Below, in pieces: positions 1-9,666 of a stretch of 64,000 bases of DNA (positions within the stretch are counted from its first letter, which is position 1; every line of letters begins with the position of its first letter). Below the pieces are notes generated by a model. That model was given only the letters and a program-made list of their open reading frames with translations. It made no database searches and was not told the origin of the DNA. The stretch comes from a virus: the IMG/VR virus record IMGVR_UViG_3300006947_000003, positions 32,001 to 96,000 of that record. The stretch is one strand, 5' to 3'. The position numbers and the translations under genes were made by a program.

Positions 1-369
1 ATCAATTACATCTGTATATGTCCAACGCTTGTGTACTGGTATTAGTAAATCAAATCTACATTTAATTACAATGTCGTATCTAAAGTTATTTTTAATTTCG
101 TGTTGCCTTTTAAGCCAATTGGATTGCTGTATACTGTATAACATATTGCCACAAAAGCCTTTGTGTTTCCATGGTGTTTCTACAAATGACTCAACGGGAT
201 CTAAAAGTTCGTTAAGTTGTGCCCAGTCTTCTTCGGGCTGGTCATCGTCCCAAGCATGATAAAAATGATCTGCTTTTATGTTTTCAAAAAACTTTAACAA
301 GTAAGGAACAGCTCGTAGTCCAGTTCTTAATTGCCCGCTCCAACATATAGCAATTTTAGGTGATCTCAT
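1..369 (-). CDS. Putative glycosyltransferase-like protein, paralogue of 356..1189 (runs off window end)
   Basis: Not in ORF track. Hand translation from ATG 369 (GGAGG RBS upstream) gives MRSPKIAICWSGQLR...HAWD...YDIVIKCRFD, the same SGQLR, HxW and RFD motifs as its neighbour. Confidence 0.7.
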   Translation of the reverse strand, partial: MRSPKIAICWSGQLRTGLRAVPYLLKFFENIKADHFYHAWDDDQPEEDWAQLNELLDPVESFVETPWKHKGFCGNMLYSIQQSNWLKRQHEIKNNFRYDIVIKCRFDLLIPVHKRWTYTDVID

Positions 370-1189
370 GGGAACCTCCGCTGTAATGGTTTTCTTCTCG
401 TTTTAATTTTATAGGCATGTATGTTTGCTTAGGTTTAATATGGTTTGCTTTTATATGAAATGATAAAACGTGTTCAGGCCCGTATGCTTCTTGCCTGCCT
501 AAATCAAACCATTCTCGTTTATACTTTGGAATACAACTATAAAAATCACAAATACGATCATAATCAAAACTAGGAGCTGACCAGTAAACATCACTACATC
601 TGTATCTATGAAAATCGTCAAACGTTTGATGTATTACATTAACGTTGCCTAATGCTATTGGTGACAACCTATATTCTTCTTCAACAATCTTGCCTAATGC
701 TATTGGCTGAAAGCGTTCTCCTTCAGCCGTGATGTCTAATGCTGGCGGTGACATCTTATATTCTTCTTCAACATAGTTGTCAAATCTCATTCTAACACAC
801 AAATCATATTCCATAGCAAACTCGCGTTCGTACTGTTGCTTTAAATGGCAAGCCATCATTACACCATAAAACTGGCTATGATAATTAGGGTCAAATACTG
901 CCCATTCGTGTTGATCCTTACCTCTGTTAACAAAGTCAATGGGATCTTCAACTAATATTTTTTTAGGTTTTAATAATCTCTTAACTATATTAAGTTCTGT
1001 ATTACTGTGAACTTTTTCTTCGTTATCGTTATTAGCGTGTGCTACTTTATTTGGCGCTGTAGAGTTAGTCCACGTATGTACAAAATAGTCTACTTCGTCG
1101 GTGAGTGGGTCAAACATTTTCTCCCAACTAGGAATACATTCTTCGTATCTTCCTCTTAACTGGCCACTGACACAAACTGCTATTTTCAT
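356..1189 (-). CDS. Putative glycosyltransferase-like protein (KIAVCVSGQLR / YDxxxRxRFD family)
   Basis: N-terminal SGQLR, HTW and YDLCVRMRFD motifs, seen in phage and bacterial glycan-locus proteins. Confidence 0.55.
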   Translation of the reverse strand: MKIAVCVSGQLRGRYEECIPSWEKMFDPLTDEVDYFVHTWTNSTAPNKVAHANNDNEEKVHSNTELNIVKRLLKPKKILVEDPIDFVNRGKDQHEWAVFDPNYHSQFYGVMMACHLKQQYEREFAMEYDLCVRMRFDNYVEEEYKMSPPALDITAEGERFQPIALGKIVEEEYRLSPIALGNVNVIHQTFDDFHRYRCSDVYWSAPSFDYDRICDFYSCIPKYKREWFDLGRQEAYGPEHVLSFHIKANHIKPKQTYMPIKLKREENHYSGGSHEIT

Positions 1190-1626
1190 TCTATAACTCC
1201 GATGTAATCACTACAAATACCGTAGCAATCTTTATATATTTTTAATTCTTCTGCTGTAGGTCTTTCCATATGACAAACAACTGACTTAGGACCATACTTG
1301 TTATAATCTGAATGTGTCCAAATATAACCATGGTTTGTTAATGTAACATCGTCTCCTTGGTGCCAAAAACAATTAATGCCTTCGTTGGTCATATACTCTA
1401 GTGCTTGTATGTCTTTAGCGTGGCACCATAACCCCTTCATTTTTAGCATATTCTTGTTAACTGATGCTATAGGGCTATCGTGTCCTAGTTGAACCATACC
1501 GTTGCTATACCACACATCTATTTCAACATCATATCCTTCTGCTAGTGCTTCAAAAATATAATGTGGGCTGTTTTCCCTTTTAGGATTTGGCCCAAATAAA
1601 TTACCTCTATGACTTATCTTTCTCAT
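1186..1626 (-). CDS. GDPD/PLC-like phosphodiesterase-fold protein
   Basis: ISHRGN...EN...DVEIDVW...GHD...CHAK motifs. Confidence 0.7.
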   Translation of the reverse strand: MRKISHRGNLFGPNPKRENSPHYIFEALAEGYDVEIDVWYSNGMVQLGHDSPIASVNKNMLKMKGLWCHAKDIQALEYMTNEGINCFWHQGDDVTLTNHGYIWTHSDYNKYGPKSVVCHMERPTAEELKIYKDCYGICSDYIGVIE

Positions 1627-2387
1627 CCTACAAACGCCTTTTCTAAAACAAACGTTCCTTGTTCTTTAACACTACCTTCTTTCCAGCCGCGTCCTTCTAA
1701 ATATTCTTTCATCTCCATATTAAATGCCATGCTACCACATAGCATAACTTTATCTGTTTCTGGAGTTGCTTCGCTAAACAACGTTCCGTCTTTAATTAAA
1801 TTTGTTATTCTTCCTTTATGTTTGTGTGTAAGTCCCTCGTAATTTAAAGGTTCTTCACGTGTAAGTGTTGGAATATATGTACACTTGCCCATATTTAATA
1901 TACTAGCATAAGACTCTTGGGCGTTGTGTGTGCCTGTTGTCCAAGTAACATATACATTATCATAATATTCAAACGTCTCAGGGTCTCTTAATATACTCAT
2001 GAACGGAGCAATACCTGTACCGGTTGCCATTAGCCATAAGTTACCACCAAGTGCTATATTGGAAGTTGTTAATGTTCCTGTAGGCTTCTCACCTACAATT
2101 AATTCATCACCCACTTTAATATGCTGTAGTTTACTTGTTAATGGACCGTCGGGTACTTTGATACTATAGAATTCTAAAAACTCGTCATATGGCCCACTAC
2201 AAATACTGTATGCCCTCATTATAGGTTTGTTCTTTTGTAGTTTTTCTGACCAGTTGTCCAACCCAATCATTACAAACTCACCTGCTCTAAATCTAAAAGT
2301 ATTAGGTCTCTCTGTTCTAATTTTAAACAATGTGTCCGTAAAGTGTTCGACTCTAGTTACTTTTACTATCAAAATAAATGTCTCCAT
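1623..2387 (-). CDS. fpr: Ferredoxin(flavodoxin)-NADP+ reductase, bacterial type
   Basis: RAYSI FAD motif, GPLTSKL, ATGTGIAPF, MLCGS and C-terminal EKAFV. Confidence 0.9.
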   Translation of the reverse strand: METFILIVKVTRVEHFTDTLFKIRTERPNTFRFRAGEFVMIGLDNWSEKLQKNKPIMRAYSICSGPYDEFLEFYSIKVPDGPLTSKLQHIKVGDELIVGEKPTGTLTTSNIALGGNLWLMATGTGIAPFMSILRDPETFEYYDNVYVTWTTGTHNAQESYASILNMGKCTYIPTLTREEPLNYEGLTHKHKGRITNLIKDGTLFSEATPETDKVMLCGSMAFNMEMKEYLEGRGWKEGSVKEQGTFVLEKAFVG

Positions 2388-2860
2388 TGTATATTAGGAT
2401 GTTGGTGTTCAATAGCTTTCATTTTTTCTTTCCATGTATCCATTAATGCTCGATCCCATTTAGTTTGTTGTGTTTTGTCCATATCCCACGGCGTAGGTTT
2501 AGTCCAAGACCAGGTTTCGTCTTTCTCTATACGATTTTTTAAACAGTCAAAGCCTACTGTATGAATAATTGTGCCACCTAGTTCAACAGCATATTTCATT
2601 TGTAAAGTTCCTGTAATATCAAAATCGTCCGCTTCTTTAGGCACAATAAAGTTTTCTTTATCATTCCATTTAGTAATAATTTTGCCTTTGTATTCGTCGC
2701 TTAATAGTAATGCTGGTTCTTTGTCTGCTACCGCAATAAAATCTAAATCATTAAATCGTTTGTATTGGCGTTTTGTTCCTAGTTTAAAATCATATGGATA
2801 GTTACAAATATGTAAATTATCTTTTAAACTAACACCATTGCCTATACATAAGATTTTCAT
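2369..2860 (-). CDS. MptE/Maf(DUF115)-like Rossmannoid protein
   Basis: ILCIGNGVSL start and TVGFDC motif, shared with 56444..57097. Confidence 0.45.
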   Translation of the reverse strand: MKILCIGNGVSLKDNLHICNYPYDFKLGTKRQYKRFNDLDFIAVADKEPALLLSDEYKGKIITKWNDKENFIVPKEADDFDITGTLQMKYAVELGGTIIHTVGFDCLKNRIEKDETWSWTKPTPWDMDKTQQTKWDRALMDTWKEKMKAIEHQHPNIQWRHLF

Positions 2861-3777
2861 TTTATGTCACGCTCGGTTAACATAACACCGTACCTAGTAG
2901 GATTAGTGTAAACCATTTTAAACCATTTACTAGCATCAGCATCTAAGTCAGCAATTCTAAATTGTAAATCGTCTCTTAATTTAACACCATATTCAAGTAT
3001 CGCTTCTTTGCGTTTTGTTTCGTCATCATATTTAACTAATACTTCTTGTACCATTTTCTGCATGTAGTCGTAGTCAGCAATTAATGTATGGTCTTTTCTT
3101 TCTACATTAGTTTCGTATGTTCCCATTCTTGCTCCTAGTACTGCCCAGTCGCCGTATTCTATATCAACGCCAACGCTACACCATATTGCTAATCTGTGTA
3201 AATTCTTATAGTGGTTCTTTTCTAAGTAATCCCATTTGTCGGGGAGCATGCCTTGATCTAAACTTAACTTAATGCCTTCTCGATATCCGCCCCTAAACGC
3301 TTGTTCAGGACTTCCGTTAACACAGACATCACTCATAGTATCTGCCATTTGGAAGTATGTAACCATCCAACAAAAGTCTACAGCGTCTTGTTCATTAGTT
3401 GATTTCTCGTGACTCTCCATATTAGTAATGATGTGTTTAGGCCAAAGTTTAACGCCTCCGTTTCCGTATGCTAAACCGTTGATAATATTATGTCCACACC
3501 AACTGAATACAAAGTCCTTTTGTGCTTCGTCATCTATTTCTAATACTTCATTAAAAAACTCTTCTCTTACTCTGTTGTCGCCGTCAATAGTAAATACCCT
3601 GTCAGTATCACTAATTTGTCCTGCTTCATTGTGCGCGGCATCAAACCCCTTAACTCCGTGTACTCGTTTTGCCCATGGGCATTTACTTTTTAAATCAGCC
3701 CAGTTCTTTTCGGCATTGGGTTCGTCGTATGAGATATACACGACATCGAAGTCACTTACTTTATATTGTTTAATCAT
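2857..3777 (-). CDS. Glycosyltransferase, GT-A fold (phage family)
   Basis: YISYDEP...RVHGVKG...AH...IDGD (DxD)...YGNGGVKLW. Confidence 0.65.
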   Translation of the reverse strand: MIKQYKVSDFDVVYISYDEPNAEKNWADLKSKCPWAKRVHGVKGFDAAHNEAGQISDTDRVFTIDGDNRVREEFFNEVLEIDDEAQKDFVFSWCGHNIINGLAYGNGGVKLWPKHIITNMESHEKSTNEQDAVDFCWMVTYFQMADTMSDVCVNGSPEQAFRGGYREGIKLSLDQGMLPDKWDYLEKNHYKNLHRLAIWCSVGVDIEYGDWAVLGARMGTYETNVERKDHTLIADYDYMQKMVQEVLVKYDDETKRKEAILEYGVKLRDDLQFRIADLDADASKWFKMVYTNPTRYGVMLTERDIK

Positions 3778-4339
3778 TGATTGTCCTATAGCTTACTAGC
3801 ATGTCTAAATTGTATCTAGATATTAATGAGATTTCTTGATGGTTGAGGTAATTGTCAATATCGTATTCGTATTCACCGGTAGATTGTAAGGGTATACGTT
3901 TTAACATTATTGAATGTTGACCTTTAGGTGTAACCCAAAGTGTTTTCTGATCAGGTAAATTTCCCCTAGACTCTAATTTTAATTTCCTAGTAGTAGGGTT
4001 ATATTCAAATCTGAAAAGGCGCTTTGGGTTGTATTCTGTTACTACATGAATACGTTTAGTTGCCGCCATTGCTTCGGCACTAATATTTATTAGTTGAGGG
4101 GGAGATTGCCCAGTATCTACCATCCAGTTTTTTAAATTAAATTCGGATAACTCTACATACCTATCCCTACTAATGCGAATATAATGATCGTCTTTATAAT
4201 CTCCATCTTCTTTTGGAGCAAGTGCTATAATTTGACCAAAGTCGTTATAATATATTCTATGCTGACTTGCTTTTGTTGTTTGCTTAACATCTACATTAAA
4301 CAATTGGTCAACTAGTGCTTGAACGTCTTCTTGTTTCAT
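3770..4339 (-). CDS. Hypothetical protein
   Basis: 189-aa ORF overlapping both neighbours in the operon. Confidence 0.6.
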   Translation of the reverse strand: MKQEDVQALVDQLFNVDVKQTTKASQHRIYYNDFGQIIALAPKEDGDYKDDHYIRISRDRYVELSEFNLKNWMVDTGQSPPQLINISAEAMAATKRIHVVTEYNPKRLFRFEYNPTTRKLKLESRGNLPDQKTLWVTPKGQHSIMLKRIPLQSTGEYEYDIDNYLNHQEISLISRYNLDMLVSYRTIND

Positions 4340-5064
4340 AGCAATTCCTCGTTTAGTTTTGTATATGTTTTAATCATTTCGCATATATTGTCTAGTTTTA
4401 TTTTATCCAACATGCTTCTACTAGATAACGTACTTGTTAAGAACCGTTTAATTTCATTTCTATCTATGTCAATAAACATTTTATTATAGCTAATCTTAAC
4501 AATTGGCGGAGATTCTTTAAGACCAATCTGTTGATTTTTGTAAAATGTTGACGCTACCTCTTTATAATTTTCTAATAATACTTTAGCAACTCTCTTAGTG
4601 TGTGTTTTTAAAATTTGTAATTTTAATACTCTAGCATGTCCTTCTAGATCTAAGTCCATTGATAATAAATGCTTTACGTTTTTAAATTTATGTGTTATAC
4701 CGGCTGGATAATTGTGCGGATGTACTATTATTGTCGAGGCATTGCTTTTTTTAACCTTTGATATTTCTATAGCAAGTTTTGTATGAGTATTCTGTATAAT
4801 GTCACTTAATGGGTCAGCTATTGCCTTTACAACATGCCCCGGAGTATCATACATTAAGAAATGAACTTCGTCAATTGGTACACCCATACGGGCTTTGGCA
4901 TTAAACGATTTCCAGTTGTTATTTTTAGGATAGTCTTCTTCTGTTAAAGCAGGAACGTTATCATAACAGTACTGTTGTAAGTATCCTAAGAAATCACGAC
5001 CAGAACCAGCTGGCATTGATACGATTGCTATTATAATATTTTTGTATATATCCTCGATACTCAT
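4336..5064 (-). CDS. Hypothetical protein, possible sulfotransferase/P-loop-like fold
   Basis: N-terminal IVSMPAGSGRDFL resembles a PAPS-binding loop; otherwise not recognised. Confidence 0.35.
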   Translation of the reverse strand: MSIEDIYKNIIIAIVSMPAGSGRDFLGYLQQYCYDNVPALTEEDYPKNNNWKSFNAKARMGVPIDEVHFLMYDTPGHVVKAIADPLSDIIQNTHTKLAIEISKVKKSNASTIIVHPHNYPAGITHKFKNVKHLLSMDLDLEGHARVLKLQILKTHTKRVAKVLLENYKEVASTFYKNQQIGLKESPPIVKISYNKMFIDIDRNEIKRFLTSTLSSRSMLDKIKLDNICEMIKTYTKLNEELL

Positions 5065-5939
5065 TCTGCTAGTTCCTGGAGCCGTTTAATATGGTCATCT
5101 GTTAACCATTGCTTAACATGATAATGTATAGGCTTTGTTTGTAAGTAATTGTTAATAAAGCATCTGCCGTTTTCGTCCCAACTATCTGACAAGTAATCAG
5201 TCCAATCAACGTCTTGTACTTTATAATCTAATAGTCCTTGGCATTTTGATTTTAAATGTACAAAAGTAAAACTAGGAATAGGTTTAACTTTATCTTCCCA
5301 TTCTAATAATCTAATAGCAAGTCCGTATACTTCGTCGGTTGCTGGCCAACGTTTTTTATTATGTCTAATATATTCCCAACTGTAGTCGTCCCAATTTTTA
5401 AATATATCTTCGCACATATTAAAAAACTTTCTTGCCTCTTTACTTTGTCTAAAATAAGTTAGGGCCGCATATCCTCTATACAAGTTGTTTCGTGTAAACG
5501 CTTGACTATAATAACTTACGTCTGCTTTGTGTCCTTTAAATGTAACAGGGTTGTTACATATTTGTACAGGAAAACCTTTTCCTAATATGTTCCACCAGTC
5601 GCTATGGTCGTGTGTGAATAGCATATCAGCATCTAAGCAAATAGTTTCTTTGTAAGGTGTCATATGATATGCTTTCCACCAGTTGTGTAATTTCCAGTTA
5701 TGCGGCAATGCTTCGTCGGTCCATGGGATTGTAACAACTTCATCAAATATTTCTTTGTAGTTTTCTGGTAAACGTTTTTGGTCTTCTTTTGTCATGCCAA
5801 CTGCTAAAAACGGTGCCTCTACTTGACTTGATTTTAAACTCAATGCTAAAGCATAAGCCATTCTAGGATAGTCGCCAAACTTTTCACTATATTGTGCTAT
5901 AGTAAAAAACCCTCGTTGTCTTTTATATTTTCTAGCCAT
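5061..5939 (-). CDS. Glycosyltransferase, GT8-like
   Basis: ALALSLK...TPYKETICLDADML (DxD), late HY motif. Confidence 0.65.
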   Translation of the reverse strand: MARKYKRQRGFFTIAQYSEKFGDYPRMAYALALSLKSSQVEAPFLAVGMTKEDQKRLPENYKEIFDEVVTIPWTDEALPHNWKLHNWWKAYHMTPYKETICLDADMLFTHDHSDWWNILGKGFPVQICNNPVTFKGHKADVSYYSQAFTRNNLYRGYAALTYFRQSKEARKFFNMCEDIFKNWDDYSWEYIRHNKKRWPATDEVYGLAIRLLEWEDKVKPIPSFTFVHLKSKCQGLLDYKVQDVDWTDYLSDSWDENGRCFINNYLQTKPIHYHVKQWLTDDHIKRLQELAE

Positions 5940-6768
5940 AAAGTTCTATAAACCTATCATAATTTTTTTCTATTTCAAATTTGTTTAGTAAGTGTATGTT
6001 TGTGTCTTTTAATCTTACAGGTCCTTCAGTTGTATTAATTGTTATACTTCCTTTGTTTATATCTATCACACTTTCGGGCGGGTAACTGTTAATCTGTCTT
6101 GTAGGTAATGGCTTTAACCATCCATCAGTATATCCGTTCATAATATGTGAGGCTATGGCAGCCGTTATATCGTTTCTATAAAATGTATACGGGCTATTAT
6201 ATGTTGTACTATAAAAATCGTTATTTTCTTTGATTTCTTTTGCTAATGTAAACCATTGTTCTGTTTGTTCGCATTTTCTAAAATAACATACAGTAAACCA
6301 ATGTATACTAGGGTAGCCATCTGTGATAACTTTTTCGTAAATGTGTTCTTGTTGTTTTCCGGGAAGTCTACTATTAATATTCATTAGCATAGGTTCAACA
6401 TTTCCCCACACGTTATTTAAAACTGAATTTTGTATTAAGTAGTCACTATCGATTAGTATTGTTTCGTCATATGGTGATAAATCATATGCTAATAACCGAT
6501 CTAAATTATACCAAGTAATTTGTTCACGTTTACCGTTAATTATTACACCTCTGCCATTGACTACTTCGACATTGTCTAAGTATATCACCTTATCCCAAAC
6601 ATCACTAGCATTGTACAATGTATTGTCGTTGTAATCAGCTTCTAGTGTAATTAAGGAAACAGGTATATCAAGAAAATGCTTAGCCATAGTCGCGGCTACT
6701 TCGGCTTGTTTTATGTAATTAAATTGCTCGTTATTTTTAGCAAATATTATTAAGCCTTTAGTCGTCAT
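5932..6768 (-). CDS. Glycosyltransferase, GT8-like (paralogue of 5061..5939)
   Basis: SPYDETILIDSDY (DxD), YRND, HLLNK. Confidence 0.65.
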   Translation of the reverse strand: MTTKGLIIFAKNNEQFNYIKQAEVAATMAKHFLDIPVSLITLEADYNDNTLYNASDVWDKVIYLDNVEVVNGRGVIINGKREQITWYNLDRLLAYDLSPYDETILIDSDYLIQNSVLNNVWGNVEPMLMNINSRLPGKQQEHIYEKVITDGYPSIHWFTVCYFRKCEQTEQWFTLAKEIKENNDFYSTTYNSPYTFYRNDITAAIASHIMNGYTDGWLKPLPTRQINSYPPESVIDINKGSITINTTEGPVRLKDTNIHLLNKFEIEKNYDRFIELYG

Positions 6769-7108
6769 ATGTTAATATCTCTTCCACACTTCTTGCTGTT
6801 ACTATTTTTTGTTGCTCTGCCTGAGCTCTATTTTGTTCTTGAACGTAAGTATCTAATATTAATTTCATAAAAGGTCCAACTTCTATTTCGATTAGATTTT
6901 CATTTCTGTCATCAATGACAGCTTTTTTGTAGTTTTTACGTTCGAGCAAATCTAGTAAGTTTAGCAATGTAGGATTGATATTAAATAATCCGCCGTTATA
7001 ACCGATAGTGAGCCTTTCATTTTTAAGCTCTTTTAGTAGTTGTAATTGGTTATTTTGGACTTGTCGATAATTTGCGTTTTTGAATAATTCTGATGTTTCT
7101 TTGTTCAT
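6758..7108 (-). CDS. Hypothetical phage protein
   Basis: 116-aa ORF, first gene after the sigma70 promoter. Confidence 0.6.
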   Translation of the reverse strand: MNKETSELFKNANYRQVQNNQLQLLKELKNERLTIGYNGGLFNINPTLLNLLDLLERKNYKKAVIDDRNENLIEIEVGPFMKLILDTYVQEQNRAQAEQQKIVTARSVEEILTYDD

Positions 7109-7123
7109 TGAGATATCCTAGAT

Positions 7124-7160
7124 AAAAAAATAGCGAGTAGTTTTTAACACATACTCGCTA
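7124..7160 (-). terminator. Intrinsic terminator after the tail/baseplate operon
   Basis: Minus strand TAGCGAGTA-loop-TACTCGCTA followed by a T7 run. Confidence 0.7.
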
Positions 7161-7161
7161 T

Positions 7162-7190
7162 ATTATAACACGTTAGGACTAAGGTGTCAA
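7162..7190 (-). promoter_or_regulatory. Consensus sigma70 promoter for the glycan island
   Basis: Minus strand TTGACA (7190-7185), 17 nt, TATAAT (7167-7162). Confidence 0.85.
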
Positions 7191-7197
7191 GTCTTTT

Positions 7198-8130
7198 TTA
7201 GAATGATTCTGTTGTTGCCCAACTTGGATATGCGGGTGTATAAACAGTAGACCTTCTTGATGTAAATACTGCGTTTGTACCTGATTCTACTGTATCAACT
7301 GTGCTTGGAGATGTCGCGGCATGTTGATCGTCCCATGTAATTTGAATTGTAACAATTGTGCCATCAGTTTTTGCTTGAACTAATACATCGTTGGCACTAT
7401 AAGCGCCTGAGCCAATGTTTGTTCCTTCAAAAACAGTCGCGTAAGTTGAAGTTAAATCATGGAAGCCAACTGTTGTACTAGGTGTTCCAGCGTTACCAGT
7501 TCTTGTAGTACCAGTGTAACCTATTTTAATAGTACCTATGGAAGTATCAAAAATAGTGTTCCAGTTAGTAGATTGTGTGCTAGTTGCTGTTGGTTGATCA
7601 AACGTCATGTGTAACTCGCCACCCGAGTTGAAAAACGTTCTACAGTGATTAGCATTAGAAAATGTTGACGTAACTGTTGAGTTAATAGATGCTGTGCCAA
7701 CTTCGCCGCCCCAAGCAGTACTTCTTGTTGAAGTGTGCTGTGTTGCTGGAGTTGTTTGTTGTCCTGCGTCTACGTTTTGAAAGTTATTGTCAATGTCTGT
7801 AACCGCTCCACTCAAATTGTATGAGTAAGAAGCACCGCCAATTGTCTGTGTTCCGTCAAATGCGTGTACTGTGCCACTTGTTGCTGGATAACCTGTATCA
7901 CTTCCTCCCGGAATAGTTACTGATGTTCCTTGGTGTGTTGCCGCATTTGTGACCGCCGTTAGTAGCGCCGTCCAGTGTGCCGCTGTAATGCTATCTGTTG
8001 CTGATACTGTTGTTAAGTTTGATTGGTTATAACCTTTAGTGCCCGAACCGACACCTATTACGCCATTTACCGTCGAAACAAAAGCATTGTAATCAGAAGC
8101 AGTTATTGTATTGCTTGTTGAATATGCCAT
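7198..8130 (-). CDS. Virion structural protein (tail/baseplate-associated)
   Basis: Thr/Ser/Gly-rich, MAY start, FFNSGG motif, at the end of the baseplate operon. Confidence 0.6.
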   Translation of the reverse strand: MAYSTSNTITASDYNAFVSTVNGVIGVGSGTKGYNQSNLTTVSATDSITAAHWTALLTAVTNAATHQGTSVTIPGGSDTGYPATSGTVHAFDGTQTIGGASYSYNLSGAVTDIDNNFQNVDAGQQTTPATQHTSTRSTAWGGEVGTASINSTVTSTFSNANHCRTFFNSGGELHMTFDQPTATSTQSTNWNTIFDTSIGTIKIGYTGTTRTGNAGTPSTTVGFHDLTSTYATVFEGTNIGSGAYSANDVLVQAKTDGTIVTIQITWDDQHAATSPSTVDTVESGTNAVFTSRRSTVYTPAYPSWATTESF

Positions 8131-8157
8131 TATATTTTTCCCTTATGTCCTGTTATA

Positions 8158-9630
8158 TTAATTAATTATCACAAATGCTTCAATTTCACCCACTTCATGA
8201 CTATTTTTGTCTTGGAGTGATCTACCTATGCAGTTGAAATAGTTTGCTTCGCCGGTTGATGCGGATCTTGCCATGCCATTTCCAGCACTAACTAGTCTAT
8301 CACCTTTTTTAATTGTACCAATAACTTTGACTGGTACTCTTCCGCTTACTGCTATCGCTGGATGACTGGCGTTGTCTCCTGCTTTAGAATTCATTAAGTA
8401 TGCTGGTCTTGTTGAAATAACACCAAATACTTTGTTACTTAATTCGTCACTTACTTTTGTAATTTCTTTTGCTCCACCTAAAGCAACAATAGTGCCAGGT
8501 TCTTGCGGGTTGTCAATAGCAAAACGCTCTGCCAAGTCAGCATATTGTGCCGAGGTACTTTCACCTTCGAACGTAGTAGCAAATACTTGATTAAACTTTT
8601 TAGCTGTGCTACCTAAATCTCTAGTGTTGTTAGCATCTGGGATCAAGTCACCAGTTATACTAGCACTACCGTCTCTTAATAGTGTTACACCACTTACTGA
8701 AAGTTGATTATCAACATATTGTTTTGTAGCGGCACCTAAGTTAACTGTAGGATCACCTGCTAGTACTATTCTCGATGTGGCGCCATCTACTGTTAATGCT
8801 GTAGTAGGTGAACCACCGTCGTTGACTGACATAATAATATCACCGTCTGATGTATTATTATGAAGTGTAATATTACTTCCTGCTACACTAACTCTGTAGT
8901 CGTCATCTGCGCCTACGTAAAAACCTGTATCGTTTTGAACTTTAAGTGTACCTGATGTAGTATCATTGCCACCTGATATTAAATAACCAGTCGCTGCCAC
9001 ACCGCCTAAAGCGTCTGAGTCAGTTGCTGTTCCATTCCATTTTGCCGAAGCTAGTGTTGAGTTAACTGTGTAGCCTTGCTTAATTGTAGCAAAACCCGAT
9101 ATAGCCGCGTTAGGTGTAAATACCGCATCTTTAGAAATTATTGATACAATAACATCATTAACATACATTTTAACAATAACGTGTGCTACTGAACCAGTAT
9201 CTGTTATAGACTCTACTGTTGGTCCTGATTGCCCCGAACCCACAGTTGAAAGTGGACCAATTGTAGTCCATGTACTTCCGTTATAAACTTTTAATTGGTT
9301 GTTTGTTGTATGCCAAAATAAATCACCTACAACACCACTTGCTGGATCCGATGATGCTGTTGTAGAACTTGAAACTGTTTTAAAAGCAGAACCAGTGTAT
9401 ACTTTAAGTAAACTATTGGAACTGTCCCACCATATCTGGCCAGCCAAAGGCGCCGATGGGGCTGATGAGTTAGAGAAATTCTCTAATAATTTTACGAAGT
9501 TTTCGTTTAATAACTCGCCGTAGCCGGAATAGTTTTTACCAATGAATTTTAAATCAGTAGTACTATCTATTGTTCCGTCGCTTACGGTAGCTAAAACACC
9601 CCCGCTTGTTTTGTTAACTGTATATGCCAT
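8158..9630 (-). CDS. Baseplate/short tail fibre protein with C-terminal chaperone-like domain
   Basis: GKNYSGYGE...ENF N-terminus, GxxWW repeats, ATKQYVD, C-terminal YADLAERF...GRVPVKV...KGD. Confidence 0.65.
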   Translation of the reverse strand: MAYTVNKTSGGVLATVSDGTIDSTTDLKFIGKNYSGYGELLNENFVKLLENFSNSSAPSAPLAGQIWWDSSNSLLKVYTGSAFKTVSSSTTASSDPASGVVGDLFWHTTNNQLKVYNGSTWTTIGPLSTVGSGQSGPTVESITDTGSVAHVIVKMYVNDVIVSIISKDAVFTPNAAISGFATIKQGYTVNSTLASAKWNGTATDSDALGGVAATGYLISGGNDTTSGTLKVQNDTGFYVGADDDYRVSVAGSNITLHNNTSDGDIIMSVNDGGSPTTALTVDGATSRIVLAGDPTVNLGAATKQYVDNQLSVSGVTLLRDGSASITGDLIPDANNTRDLGSTAKKFNQVFATTFEGESTSAQYADLAERFAIDNPQEPGTIVALGGAKEITKVSDELSNKVFGVISTRPAYLMNSKAGDNASHPAIAVSGRVPVKVIGTIKKGDRLVSAGNGMARSASTGEANYFNCIGRSLQDKNSHEVGEIEAFVIIN

Positions 9631-9648
9631 TTATTACTCCACTAACAT

Positions 9649-9656
9649 TATTTATA
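9649..9656 (-). promoter_or_regulatory. T4-type late promoter TATAAATA
   Basis: Exact TATAAATA upstream of the GGAG RBS of 8158..9630. Confidence 0.7.
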
Positions 9657-9666
9657 TATTTATCGT

